DNA of 64,000 nucleotides, taken from assembly GCF_009914755.1 (NCBI RefSeq), contig NC_060928.1; one strand, given 5' to 3'. Shown piece by piece: positions 13,568-27,010 of the stretch (its first letter is position 1; each line of letters begins with the position of its first letter). A program made the translations under genes and the position numbers. The notes beneath the pieces are model-generated. The model was not told the DNA's origin. It was given only the letters and a program-made list of their open reading frames with translations, and searched no databases. The stretch is from the human T2T-CHM13v2.0 reference genome, Homo sapiens.

Positions 13568-15254
13568 GTATGTGCCTGAAATTCTTTCTTATCTCCCCAC
13601 CTTCCCGGTGAACCAAACTTTGATTTTCTTTGGGAAATTCTGAGTTTATCGAAGGCACATCTGATCAATTGGCTTAGACAAATGTTCTCTTCAGAAATGT
13701 ATTGATTCTTACTCTGATTGTTTAAAAACATACCATGTTAAAGTGGCTGTGATGTTTTTTCTTCCACAGATAGAATTAAAAGGAATACATTTTTTAGGAA
13801 AAACAAGGCAAACAGGATTGTTTATACCTGGTTCCACCCTTTGGGCCTGTACATCTGTGGTTGTCCATTTCTCAGTTTGGAGCAGTAGGAATATAAAAAG
13901 GGACCAAGCTGGGGTTAGTAAACCACAGAAACAATACAGTTAGGTGATGCTCTGCCTCCTCGAGAGCTCATGTTTTAAAAGGCAGTTTCACTGTTTTGTT
14001 TGAATTGATAGTTCAATGCAAAGTGAAGAAAGGATAACATAAAGTCAAATGTAAAGATTTTTTATATAGTGCATGTTTTAGCCTATTTGAAGCAGTGTCT
14101 ACCTCCATTAAAAGTTAAATTCTTATGACAAACTATTGCACACGTATTTTGTATGCAGCTGCTGAATGCATTTCTATGTCCTCACCAAATATAAGTCATG
14201 TGGATAAAACAAGGTCACATAAGATGTAAAATGGAATGCTTTTACCATCTTGAAAAGTAAGCACTAGGGAAAATTGTTACCTCAATATTCATTGACAAAA
14301 CCCCTTTTAACCACCCAGCCCATTATATTATTATGTTATAGGCCAATTCTAAATTGTAACTAAATAAATTATCTTGGATTTTTGGTTGAAATAATAGGAA
14401 CAACTTCTTAGAATAGGCCTACATAGTATGCGAAAAAGTTGTTTTTAAAGCGCTCATTTTTAACCAATTTATTTAATTATGATAATAAAGTAACTTATCT
14501 AATGTACCTTATATGAGAATAATTTTAGTTCACAGGACTCACTGCCATTAGTTTAAAGTATCTACCATGTGCTTAATAATGTGCTTAGAGCTTTGCAGTA
14601 TAAGACATGAACCTCTGCAGGAATTCTAGACTCTGTGAAGATTTGACACTGAATAACATATAAACATAATAATATCATTCTCATCAAAATTTTAATTGAT
14701 AGAACATTACTTTACCTCTAGAAGACATCTTTTAGTATTTTTTGGCTGAACCTTGAAAGAAGAATAAGTTATAACTTGGGAAGAGACAGATGACATTACT
14801 GAAAAAGAAACATTGGCAGCAAAGAACAGAGGTGGCAGTAAGCATTGTTTGAGAGATTGTAGTTGAACCTAATTAGAATAACAGGATAATGTTGAGGCAT
14901 CATGAAATATAATGCCCTAAAGAATACATCTCCATTTGATTTTAAAACTACAGATTACTGAAGATGTTGACACTTGATGGGAAGATATTAGATGTGATAA
15001 AGTAAAGAGTAGAACGAAATACTAAATTTTCTCATAAGGGAACTATATAGTCATCTATGCAGGCACAAACATTTATTAAGTGACTATTTACTACCTAAAG
15101 GCACCATTAATTTTCCTGAGATCATCCATCAAGTGGTTAGCAAATGTGACATGCAAATTGAAAACTATTAAATGAGATATACAGTGAAAAACATAATAAG
15201 AGATGAACACATCAAGTTCAAGGTCTTACAAAGGGCATGAAGTTGAGGGCAAGG

Positions 15255-15450
15255 TACGATGGTTAACTAGAGTCAGAAAGTTTTAGTTGGAACCCCAGGT
15301 TTACCTATCATTTACTATTTGTGAGACCATGGACAAGTTACTTATCCTCTGAGACCCTGTATCCCATCTAAAACTAAGGGCGGTTGTCAGTTTGATGTGA
15401 AATAATTAACACACATAGAGCTATGTGTGCTTTGCATATAGTAATCATTC
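15255..15450 (+). mobile_element. MIR fragment
   Basis: Core-like ...gtgagaccatggacaagttacttatcctctgag...catctaaaa; approximate bounds. Confidence 0.55.
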
Positions 15451-15469
15451 CAGAAATGATAACTCAAGC

Positions 15470-17040
15470 ATAGAAGTCTTTGTGTAGAAATAACACTGAG
15501 CTAGAGCTTGAAAGATGGGTAGTGAATGAAACTACAGAGATGAGGACAAGGCTTTCAGAATTAATGCAACATCATGAGCTAGGCAGTAGGAATGAAAGTA
15601 CAAGATGTAATCAAATAGGAATTCAGCTTGCCTGATACATGAGATAGTACCAGGAAACAAGTTGTAAATATACATTGGAGTCAGTTCATGGATGGTCATG
15701 TTGATATAAGGATCTTGGATTTTATTTGGAATGCATTTGAGCATAGGAGTTTTAATCTGACTTTTCTAGAATAATTGGTCTGATGGCTGTGTGCCAGTGA
15801 TTTGACAAAAGGAGAGAATGCAAGGCAGAAGGCCTCTTCGGAGGCTATTTCTTTGGTCCAGTGGAGATGTCAGAAGAGTAGGAGCTAGTCAGTGACAGTA
15901 GGAATGGTGATATGGAAACAGCTATGATAGCAAACATAGTAGCAGAATTCATGGGATTTGGCATTTGATGAGATAAAGGAGTAATGGAGAAAAATAAACC
16001 AGACTCTGCCAGAGTTTCAAGTATGAGTGATGCGGAGGTTGTGGTTACATCATTGTGTATAAGAAAGTGAGAAGCGGGACCAAAACTGGAAAGGAAGATG
16101 ACAGTGAACTCAATTTGTGAAATACTAAAGGACCAGTGACACATTTATAAGTACAAAAATTGGGCTGGGTGCAGTGGCTCACGCCTGTAATCCCAGCACT
16201 TTGGGAGGCCGAGGCAGGCAGATCATGAGGTCAGGAGATCCAGACCATCCTGGCTAACACAGTGAAACCCTGTCTCTACTAAAAAATACAACAAAAATTA
16301 GCCGGGCGTGGTCGTGGATGCCTGTAGTCTCATCTACTCGGGAGGCTGAGGCAGGAGAATGGCATGAACCCGGGGACAATGCTTGTAGTGAGCCGAGATA
16401 GCGCCACTGCACTCCAGCCTGGGTGACAGAGCTAGACTCCGTCTCAAAAAAAAAAAAAAAGTACTAAAATAATACAGACTATAATAATTTTGGAGCAAGC
16501 AAGACAAGGACTTGAGGCAAAAATTTTGGAGTAATTAACATAATAGAAAACAGTCAATATTTGAAACCATCAACTGTCTAATGAAAAGGAGAGTAAGAGA
16601 GGAGAAGCTCAAGAACCTAAATAAAAACAGCAGAGGGCTCTAATAAGTAAGGGAGGAAGAGACTTCTAGGAAAAATGATCTCCGGAGGCAAATACTGCTG
16701 CCAGTTAACCAAGCTGGGGTCTGAGAGAAGGTCTTGGAATTTGACCTGCATATTGTTCTTAGAAGGTTCCATTTTGATAGAGTGGTAGGTCAATGAGCCA
16801 CCTTTCAGACTGTAAAGAAAAGAAGTATTGATTAATATTCAAGAGAGTAGATAAGCCGCAGTTTGAATAGTTTGGCTGAGAAAGGATTTTTTGAAAAAGA
16901 CAATTGTTGCTCTGTAATGGACAAATTTGGGTTAATTCTAAGATGCAGAAACCTGTCATCATTAGAAAGTCAGAATGAGTTTAGAGAGAAACGAGAGTGT
17001 GAGAGTTATATAAGATACATGTGGGAGCAAGATCAGTCTG
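15470..17040 (-). mobile_element. Degraded L2-like fragments (interrupted by AluY)
   Basis: Purine-rich stretches resembling antisense L2; approximate. Confidence 0.4.
16163..16460 (+). mobile_element. Alu (AluY-like)
   Basis: Full dimer, poly-A, TSD AAGTAC(A/T)AAAAT. Confidence 0.93.
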
Positions 17041-18329
17041 GACACAGGAGCGAATTGGTCAAATCCAGATCATAGGGAAGGGGAACAAAAAGCTGTTACA
17101 GGTTGATAAAAGGAGAAGAGTAAGATGGAGACATAACATATTCATATAGCAATATGAAACATTTAAAATGATTTTCTTATGTAGTCTATTTTATTTCTTA
17201 TGATCGTGATTTTCTTCTACTTTGTATGTGCTATAGATTTTGTATAATGGTGGGATTTAGTTGCATTAAAGTTATACTAAATAATATGTCCCGTGGACTT
17301 TGCCTAAATTGAGAAGGTGGTATATCAGGTAAAGCTACAATAAATTAAATTTATGAGGAGAGATGAAAACGTGTGAAACTGCTTGTGAATTTTACTTCCC
17401 TGATTATTACATTATCAGCTTTATCAGTAGAGCATCTGGTAATAAATAATATTGATCCTCAACTCAACAAGATAATTCCATTTTCATTCATTATAGTGGC
17501 ATAACTTACTAGCTTAGTAATTTATTTCTTTTATTACTCTTTTATTTTTTATAAGAACAAAGAACATCACTAAGATTATTAAATGTGGAAATATCTTTAT
17601 AGATGGCAGGTTTTTATTCCATGATGAACTGAAAATTATAAACTCTCCCCATTTTATTCAAATATATTTTCATATCTGAATTTTACCATAAATTGTTGGT
17701 TGAGTTTCTTTATTGCAAGTTATGAGATATTTCATTCAATAATTTTGACTTGATTCTCCACTGTGTGATATGTCTTTATTCTTATAACTGTCTCATGATA
17801 TAATTCTAATGAAAAGAAAGTATATGTATGCCATATATGAGTGATCAACTGCCTATAAATCTAAGTAGAAAATAATGACTCATTTTTTCTGCTTTCTGTT
17901 TCCAACTACAAATTCATACTTCTGCTATTTGGTAACACAATTATTTGTTAAGCAATAGAAGGAAAATATTCCTTTAAAGTCAGAATTAGAATAATTTGGA
18001 GAAGGAATAATAGAAAGAGACTGACATTTATTAAATACTTGCAATGTTGGATTGCAGTTGGATCGCAATGTTGGCTTGTGCACATTTGATCTTCTCATTG
18101 ACCTGGTGATGGGGATATTTATGAAATTAAATAAAATAGTAAAACTAATGCAGAAGCACAGGTCAGATAAAGGCTGGTGGTTTTCTCCAACAGGCCTCAT
18201 TATACTGATCATGTTACCACAGTGCAGAAGCTCCCCTCTTGTTTACAGGTTAGAATCTGCTTTTGACTGTCCCTAATTATCGTATTTTGTAATTATATAC
18301 TATTGTGTGTTTATTTTTAAATATCTATC

Positions 18330-18462
18330 TCTTCTACTGAAGTAAACGTTCTATGAAGGCAGGAACCAGTTCTGTTCTTATCACTACTGATGACCCAGCA
18401 AAAAATCTAGTACCTTGGCACATAGTAGGCACTTGATAAATATTTATTGGGTAAATGGAATA
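18330..18462 (+). mobile_element. L2 3' end fragment
   Basis: ggcacatagtaggcacttgataaatatttattg typical of the L2 terminus. Confidence 0.6.
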
Positions 18463-19560
18463 ATTTAAAAATTAATCAGACATTTGGAACAGATTTGTCT
18501 CTGAAAAGATGAAGCTGTATTAACCAAGTTTGATAAATAGAACCAGAGGAACAGCCTATTATCTCCCTGTAGACAAACTGGTAATTTTTAAGCATAAAAT
18601 CAGCAAGAGAAAAAGTAAATGCATAGAATTTTTAATAGCATGGGCCAAAATGGGTCTAGAATGCTAAAAATTCATTAAATTTCCCTGTTCTGCATACTTA
18701 CTTGGATTTCCACTCTTTAAATATTTCTGAGATTTTTTTTTTTTCTATTCTCGGCTGACCAACTCAGCATTTAATAGGTACCCTATTATGGAGCTATATT
18801 AATTTAATCATCTTACAGATGTCTTAGACATCTTTCTCTACAGTCATATTCCCTCTCTAATGAAGCCTGTAGACATTTAACTCAAATCTTTCAAAGACTG
18901 AGAACTTTGTTGTTTAAAAAAAACTTGGGAAAAAAAAAACAGGCTCAAAAAACTTAGAAATTTTGTAAAAACCTTCAATTGTGAAGTGGCTAAAATGGCT
19001 TCAATCATACATTTGCTTGACTCTCAAGCCCATGGTCCTAACTTGATCAAGCTATAAAAGAGGTAGGCATAGCTTGGTCTTGTTGGAATGTCATTAAAGG
19101 AAAAATTTTCAAAATCATGAAGAGAGAATGACTAATACTCCGACAAAAAGGACAAGAGAAATTTTAAGAAACTTACCTATGAAGAGAACGTAGACAAGGC
19201 ATTAAGATACAGGATTGTTTGCAAAACTAAGAGCTGTTTTATATTACTTTATATCTGTAACTATTACAATGTCATCTTTCCTATTCTCCGTTAAATGTTC
19301 TCTTATTTCCCCGAATCTTCTCCACACAGCACTTACCACAGTTTAACTTGTTATTTGAAAATGAAAAACTCTCCTATTAAACTGCAGACTGGGTAAAGGT
19401 AGACCATGACTTTCCCTCACCATTTCTGCCCCAATACTTAGCATACCATGGGTGCGGTAGACAGTGTTGGGAGCAGGGGAAGGAGATCTTGGACACACAA
19501 TCTAGAGAGCTTGCAGGCCTCCATTCTTTATACTAAAACAAAACAAAACAAAACAAAAAA

Positions 19561-19978
<418 letters not shown>

Positions 19979-20375
19979 TCATCCCAGCACTTTGCTGCGT
20001 TGAACTATGCTAGTTGAAAACCTTATTCTTCAATAGTTGCAATGCCTCCTGTGAGTCTGTACATGATCTGGTCTATGGCAACACAATCATTAATAGCAAA
20101 TTGATTCTGACTATCAAATCTTAAGAATTAATTACTTAGATCACCTTTTGAGGTATACAGTTTTGAATGTGATGTGATAGATTGCTATGAAGTTAGTATT
20201 TAGTTCTCTTCAATCTAGTTATAGATTTCCTGTGGCATATTGCCTTTTCAAACCATTATACAGAAATTTCATAAATCATGGAGAATATTTAGTAAGAATG
20301 TAAGTTATAACAATTTGGTTTGTTGTGTTTGCTCCTATGTCCTCCTGCCTTTACTCTTTGCTGCCTTTTTCAGGG

Positions 20376-20978
20376 GCTCCAGCTCCATCCATGTTGCTGG
20401 AGAGGACATGATTTCATTCATTTTTATGGCTGTATATTCTACCGTGTCACATATGTTCCACATTTTCTTTATTCAGTCAACCATTGATGGACACTTAGGT
20501 TAGTTCCATGGCTTTGCTATTGTGAATACTGCTACGATAAACATATGAGTGAAAGTGTCTTATATAATGATTTCTTTTCCTTTGGGTAGATACCCAGTAG
20601 TAGGATTGATAGGTCAAATAATAGTTTTATTTTTTGTTCTTTGAGAAATCTCTGTACTGTCTTCCATAGAGGTTGAATGTTGAACTAACTTGCATTCCTA
20701 CCAACAGTGTATAAGCATTCCCTTTTCTCTGCATCCACACCATCATCTTACACAAGTCAGAATGGCTGTTATTAACAATTGCTATTATTTATCTGATGAT
20801 TAGTAATGTTGAGCATTTTTTTGTTTGTTGGCTGCTTACATGTCTTCTTTTGAGAAATACTTGTTCATATCATTTGCACACATTTTAATGGGATTGTTTA
20901 TTTTTTCTTGTTGAGTTGTTAGAGTTCCTTGTAGATTCTGGATATTAGTTCTTTGTTGTAGGTATATGTTGCAAATAC
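20376..20978 (-). mobile_element. L1 fragment (old L1M/L1PB-type, 3' region)
   Basis: ctccatccatgttgct...tttgggtagatacccagtag...gttccttgtagattctggatattag are typical antisense L1 3' sequences. Confidence 0.85.
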
Positions 20979-21148
20979 AATTTTAAAAGTGTCTTTTTCT
21001 GTTCATTTCTGTTTAGATAACTACCTCCCATATACGCTTAAACTTTTTGCTTGCTATTTCTGCATTTGTCCCACTCAAAATATTGAATCCTTAATTTATT
21101 AAATAATACTCAATTTTGAATCCACATATTTCAAAGTCATCTGACTTT

Positions 21149-21451
21149 GTTTTTTGTTTGTTTGTTTGTTTTTGAGACAGAGTCTCGCTCTGTCATCCAG
21201 GCTGGAGTGCAGTGGCACCTTCTTGGCTTACTGCAAGGTCCGCCTCCTGGGTTCACGCCATTCTCCTGCTCAGCCTCCTGAGTAGCTGGGACTACAGGCG
21301 CCCCCCAGCATACCCAGCTAGTTCTTTGTATTTTTAGTAGAGATGGGGTTTCACTGTGTTAGCCAGGATGGTCTGGATCTCCTGACCTCGTGATCTGCCC
21401 GCCTCAGCCTCCCAAAGTGCTGGGATTACAGGGACATCACGCCATGCCCAG
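21149..21451 (-). mobile_element. Alu (AluY-like)
   Basis: (TTTG)n tail; TSD AGTCATCTGACTTT at 21135-21148 and 21452-21465. Confidence 0.93.
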
Positions 21452-22954
21452 AGTCATCTGACTTTTTATATGTAAAGATATGCAAGTTAGATTTGACCAA
21501 CTTGCCTTGAGCCTATTATGTACTGGCTGATTTAAAATAATTATAAGTACTCATCAAAGTATGAATTTTTGATTGATTAGCATGTATTTAGTAATATTTC
21601 AATCAGCAGAATATCTATCATGCTATGCAAGTAGTTTATTTTAAATATGCTAAATGTTAAAAAATACAGTACAAAACTTGACTAATTTTTTTACAGCACA
21701 TATGGATGAACTTGACTACTATTCAGACAATATTGATAAAATAAGTAAGGCAAATGATACCATTTTTTAAATGTAACATGGTATGAAAGAAATAGTCAAT
21801 ATTCTGAGTTTGCCTTGTTAAATAACAAGTAGGTTGGCAATTTCAAAGTGCAATTGTTTTCACTTTGACAGAACTTTATTGTTTCATTGTGAAAATATTT
21901 TAAAACATAAACATATTCAACTTAAGGATAATAAAATGTAATGGAAATCGGCATAATTTAGAAAATGTTATAAAAGTTAAAATTTGAGCAATTCTACTTT
22001 AGTTCATAATTTTATTAGAGCACTTCTTAACACATGGAGCATTTGTTAGCATTTTGCAGTTTTACACATTCCTGATATTATTGCTACTTCAAATCCACTC
22101 ACAAATTAGCTAGCCTACAACATTACTTTCACTTCACATTTTATGTTTTTATAACTTTGTGCTTTTCAGGCAAGCTAATATGAAAACACCCTCAATATTT
22201 TATGCCTGTTAGAAATATAGATGACATAGTACTCTTAAAAAGTGTCTTGTATCATACATAATAAAAACCTTCTTTATGATAAAAAAAATTTTCAAAAATG
22301 TTAAATTATTTATTTCACTTAATTCCCATGGAAACACTATGTAGGAAACTATACGTCTCCTAAAGGTTAGGAAAATTCTTTTAATTTTTTTGTAGTGTAG
22401 AAAATAGTTTTGTTAGTTTTTAAAGTGAAAACCTGGTTTGAGATAAGAAGCTATCATGCCGATGCAGGCAATTAGAATTGCGTTCTCAAATTTTCTTCTG
22501 AGATCCTCACAATAGCAGAAACTACATATGTATCTCCTATGTACTATGAAAGTACTAGTTTTTCCTCTATCAAATACAACTTGCCTAGAAATGTCATTAA
22601 ATAAACAATCCTATGATTAAACAAGTCAGTATTATTTTATCTCTGATTCTGTGCTAATATATATATGGTTAGAAAAACAAAATGCAATGATTCTTCTCTA
22701 GATTATTTTTATGTGAGTTTAGTAGTCTTAATGTCATTGTATGTGAATTTTTTATGTAAACATCATTCATTATTATTTTTATTTTCTTGTGTTTTTGGAT
22801 TATATTTTCCCAAGTTTTCATATTATGATTTCATCAGGTAATCCCAGAAAAAGAAAATATTTTGGCTTCCTACAGACACAGAGCACCTCATTACTCAGCA
22901 TACAAAATAGTGTTCTACAATGTGTTTCCACAGAAGAAGCTTCTCATGTTAATT

Positions 22955-23249
<295 letters not shown>

Positions 23250-26200
23250 GATTCTCATGTTAATTCTTAGTTATCATTAGCCACACTCAGTGTACTCCTT
23301 ATAGCAACTTTGATAGCTCCACAGCAAAACAGTGTAAAAAGAATTATGTAAAATACATTTATAGATGAAACCATGCATGTAGTTCCGCAGGCCATTATTG
23401 AGTTCACTATTAATCATTTGAGTGTTTTCATCTATATTTTGGTAAAATTCCTAATTGTATATGCGTATCTTGAGCAGCCTTTAATTGTCATTGAAAGAAT
23501 AATTGAAGAGAAAGAATTATACTATTGAAAGAATAGTAGAAAAATTATCTTCAAAAGGCTTCATATATCCACTATGTGCAGAGAAACCATTTTCATGAAG
23601 ACTTTGTGTTCATGATAAGAAAATTCTTCATTTATATTCATTTTTTGCAACTTATTTCTTTCTTGTACCTAATTTCCCAAGAAGTTATTTAGGTAACATA
23701 CATGTTATACATACATATACTCACACACACACAAATGTTGTACATGTGTTTTTGTTAAATCGTGTGATAACTTAAGCAGAAAACTATATAATGCCTTTCT
23801 CAAAAGAAAAATGTAGAAGATAGAATCAAACTTTTGTAATATTAGTTGAGAAGTAAAACTGAATATAATAACATTATAAATAAATTGGAGAAAAAGAAAT
23901 ATTAAAATAAGCACAGAGATTAAAATGGTAAGGACAGACAGAAACTCCAACTGGTTTCTCTTCAAAAGTCCAAGGAATCTAGTGAGTACTATTGCAACAC
24001 AAGAAGCACATGCAGAAAAGTGGCGTTTTAAAAAAGTACTTCTACATACTCAACAAAGATTTCTGAGTGCTTGCTCTGCATCAGGCATTATGGATGAAAG
24101 GGGACAGTCTCAACCTTCAAAATGTTTGCAGTGCAGAGAATTGAAGCTTTACACAAACAGAATTTTAAACATGAGATAAGTAGTAAAATATGTGTGCACA
24201 AAAAACAAAGAGAGAGGGCTACCTTGATCTGCCTTGGAGAATCAAATAATCTTCAGGAATTAGGATGTGTTTTGCAGGTAGAGAACTTGAGGGCTTTTTT
24301 AGACATAAGAAGCTGCATGTGCAGAGTCCCAGGAAAATGATAGAGTAGTGTGTTTTTGGAAAAATTAAAATTTGCAGTTGTTAGAATATAAAGTGGAAGT
24401 CAAATCTTGAAGAAGAGACTGTCCCGATGGCGATAGAATATGAGGGAAATTTTCTAGCAAGGTAGTAGCATGATTAGATTTCCATGATAGAAAAATCACT
24501 AACATGGAATGGAGGGTGGTTTGAAAGAAAGGAGCCCACTGAGAATGCACTAGCAGCAGACTCTATAGGGGATAATGAAGGCAGGCCTAGCAGCAGATAG
24601 TGATGGGAAGTTATTCCAAGAGGTGGCTCTAGTGCTCATGCAGTTCATTCCCCTAAAACTTCTATGGGAAAAAAATGCAGGCCCCCTCAAATGTAAAATA
24701 AGACTCATGTAGCCTCTAACATAAGACTGAAGACATCTGGGGCATAGTCACAATGTTATTTATTCTCATAATTGGTAAAAGTGTCATTTGCATTTTAGCA
24801 ATTATGTTATAGATTGATGATTAATCAGCTAGAATGACAGGTGAAAAATTATGTAGTTCATATTTTACTAGTGATCAGCATTATTTAAATTTTAGGAAAA
24901 AGATGTTATACAATGTGGAGAATAACTCAGTGCAGGGGTGGAGAATAATGAGAACTACTGTCTGCTTATTGAATAATACTGTTAAACAAGTGATACGAAA
25001 GATGATTTTTGTAATTTTTTAAAACTAAAATTATTAGCAAGCTGGAGAGTTAGCTCAGTGTCTAATTCATAGTAAGTGTCTAAAATTTTTGTTATTAATG
25101 AGAAATAAAACAACAAAACTTCTAAGTGTTTTTCTTTCTTGGGTTGATTTAAAAATATGTATATGAAAACATAATGATAGTGACATATTCTCTCCCCCTG
25201 AAATCTGTGGGCCATGTGCCTAAGCCCATTTTTTTTCCCCGAGTCTACACCATTTGGTTGCATCTATTGAGTGTATCTTTGTATTTGAATATGTGTCCTT
25301 GTGAATATATGCATGAAAATTTTAACACTTAGTCAAAAGGTGCACACATAGATATTTTTGTCTTGCCTTAAATGCTTAAAGACCAAATGGAAAATGAGGC
25401 GTTTCTCTCCTATAAAAACACCAATTGAATTTACACTCGGGAATGTATTTTAGAATGACATCACAAAATGTAAAATAAAATTTAAAAATGAGTACTTTTG
25501 AGGAACAAGAAATCCCAAGACAGAAACTGATGAGAATCAATTAGTATTGACACAATCCTAAGGCAAAACTTCTAGCTGTATGCCTAGAAGTATCACTCTA
25601 GGGCTAATATTCATTAAGCTGCTGAAGATATTTATTAAATTTGCAAAGTTCTGGAAACTGCAATTATAAAACAAATAATGCTGTAGGCTAAAATATGTTG
25701 GATCATTTTATGTAGAAATATATGAAAGATTTTAATGACATGATTTACTGCTAAAGTTGGAAGTAGCATTCCAAAAATAGAAAGTACTTACTTTACAATT
25801 ATATGTAATAGGCAAGATAATCCTTAACATCAAAGAAAAGGAATATTGTCTTCCTCCTTTTCAAATGATGGGCCAATCTTACCTATGAGGAGAATGTGTT
25901 GGCTACAGTGGACAACTTAAGATTCAGAAGCTAGTCATTCTGCCTCCCCTTCCCTTACCCCATTAAGACTATGCTCTATTCTGTGGCAGCTGCTTTTGCC
26001 ATTTACGTTAAAAGCAGATGGAGAAAACGCGAAGAAGTGTCAGTTTTATTGCCATGTATAATCAGCATCTGGGCTGTATGTTACAGACACAATCAATCCA
26101 AAGACATATTTTACTGGGTATTATAAAAACTTTTTGTGTTTCTAAGGCAGTCCCCAAATTACAGATAGTGCTATATTTTAATCCTGTTGATCACAGAGAT

Positions 26201-26423
26201 TGCAGCCAGTTATGTTGTTTCAGCTTCAATGTGAATGATGTATGTGTGTATGTGTTTATTATACAGTTACGGAGTTATCTGCAAAACTGTACTGCTAATT
26301 TGTTTAAAAACATGATTTGGGACCATATATATTTATTTCACACTAGAAATCAAATCATGTGTGAGATTTATATATACACATATAATTTTATAGTGTATGT
26401 GTGGGGGTGTGTGGGTGACATTG

Positions 26424-26706
26424 CAATAGTCCCCCCTCTTCCACAGTTTTGCTCTACATGGTTTCCGTTACCCATGGTCAACCTCAGTCTGAAAATATTA
26501 ATGTATTTTGAGAGAGACCACATTCACATAACATTTATTATAGTATATTGTAATAATTGTTGTATTTTATTATTATTGTTAATCTCTTTAAACTTGATCA
26601 CAGGCATATAGGAAAAAAAAGTGTATATAGGGTTCAGTACAATCTGTGGTTTCAGACATTCAGGGGGTCTTGGAATGCATCCCCTGTGGGTAAGGGGAGT
26701 CTACCA
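26424..26706 (+). mobile_element. MER44-like (Tigger family) non-autonomous DNA transposon
   Basis: Degenerate TIRs CAATAGTCCCCCCTCTTCCACAG ... CCTGTGGGTAAGGGGAGTCTACCA; internal sequence resembles MER44A as recalled. Confidence 0.78.
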
Positions 26707-26859
26707 TATATGCTGTAGACTTTTTATTATTTAATATATTGTGCTATATATTCTATTTTTGATTGCATATACATATTTTTATTACTTCACTATTTTTGTA
26801 TAAGAAATAAAATACCATATTTTTTTCTACATCTCATGTAATTTTTAGAAAACATTTAT

Positions 26860-27010
26860 GGTAAGTTCTATTCTCCCCATTTTTCAGGAAGAGAAACTGA
26901 GACACAGCGAAAGAAAATAGCTTTTGTAAGGTCCAGAGAGCTAATCAGCTGCAGATCCAGAATTTAGTCCATGTCTATATAAGTGCAAAGCTCATACTTT
27001 TAATTGCTAA
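26860..27010 (-). mobile_element. MIR fragment
   Basis: ccccatttttcaggaagagaaactgagacacag core. Confidence 0.65.

Noticed and set aside
22815-22837. Possible 23-nt cryptic exon (cccaag|...TCAG|gtaatc)
   Set aside because: Frame-shifting, AAG acceptor, modest donor; such matches are common in an 18.6-kb AT-rich intron
26018-26611. Longest ORF (197 aa)
   Set aside because: Low-complexity AT-rich translation running into a MER44-like element; no recognisable domain
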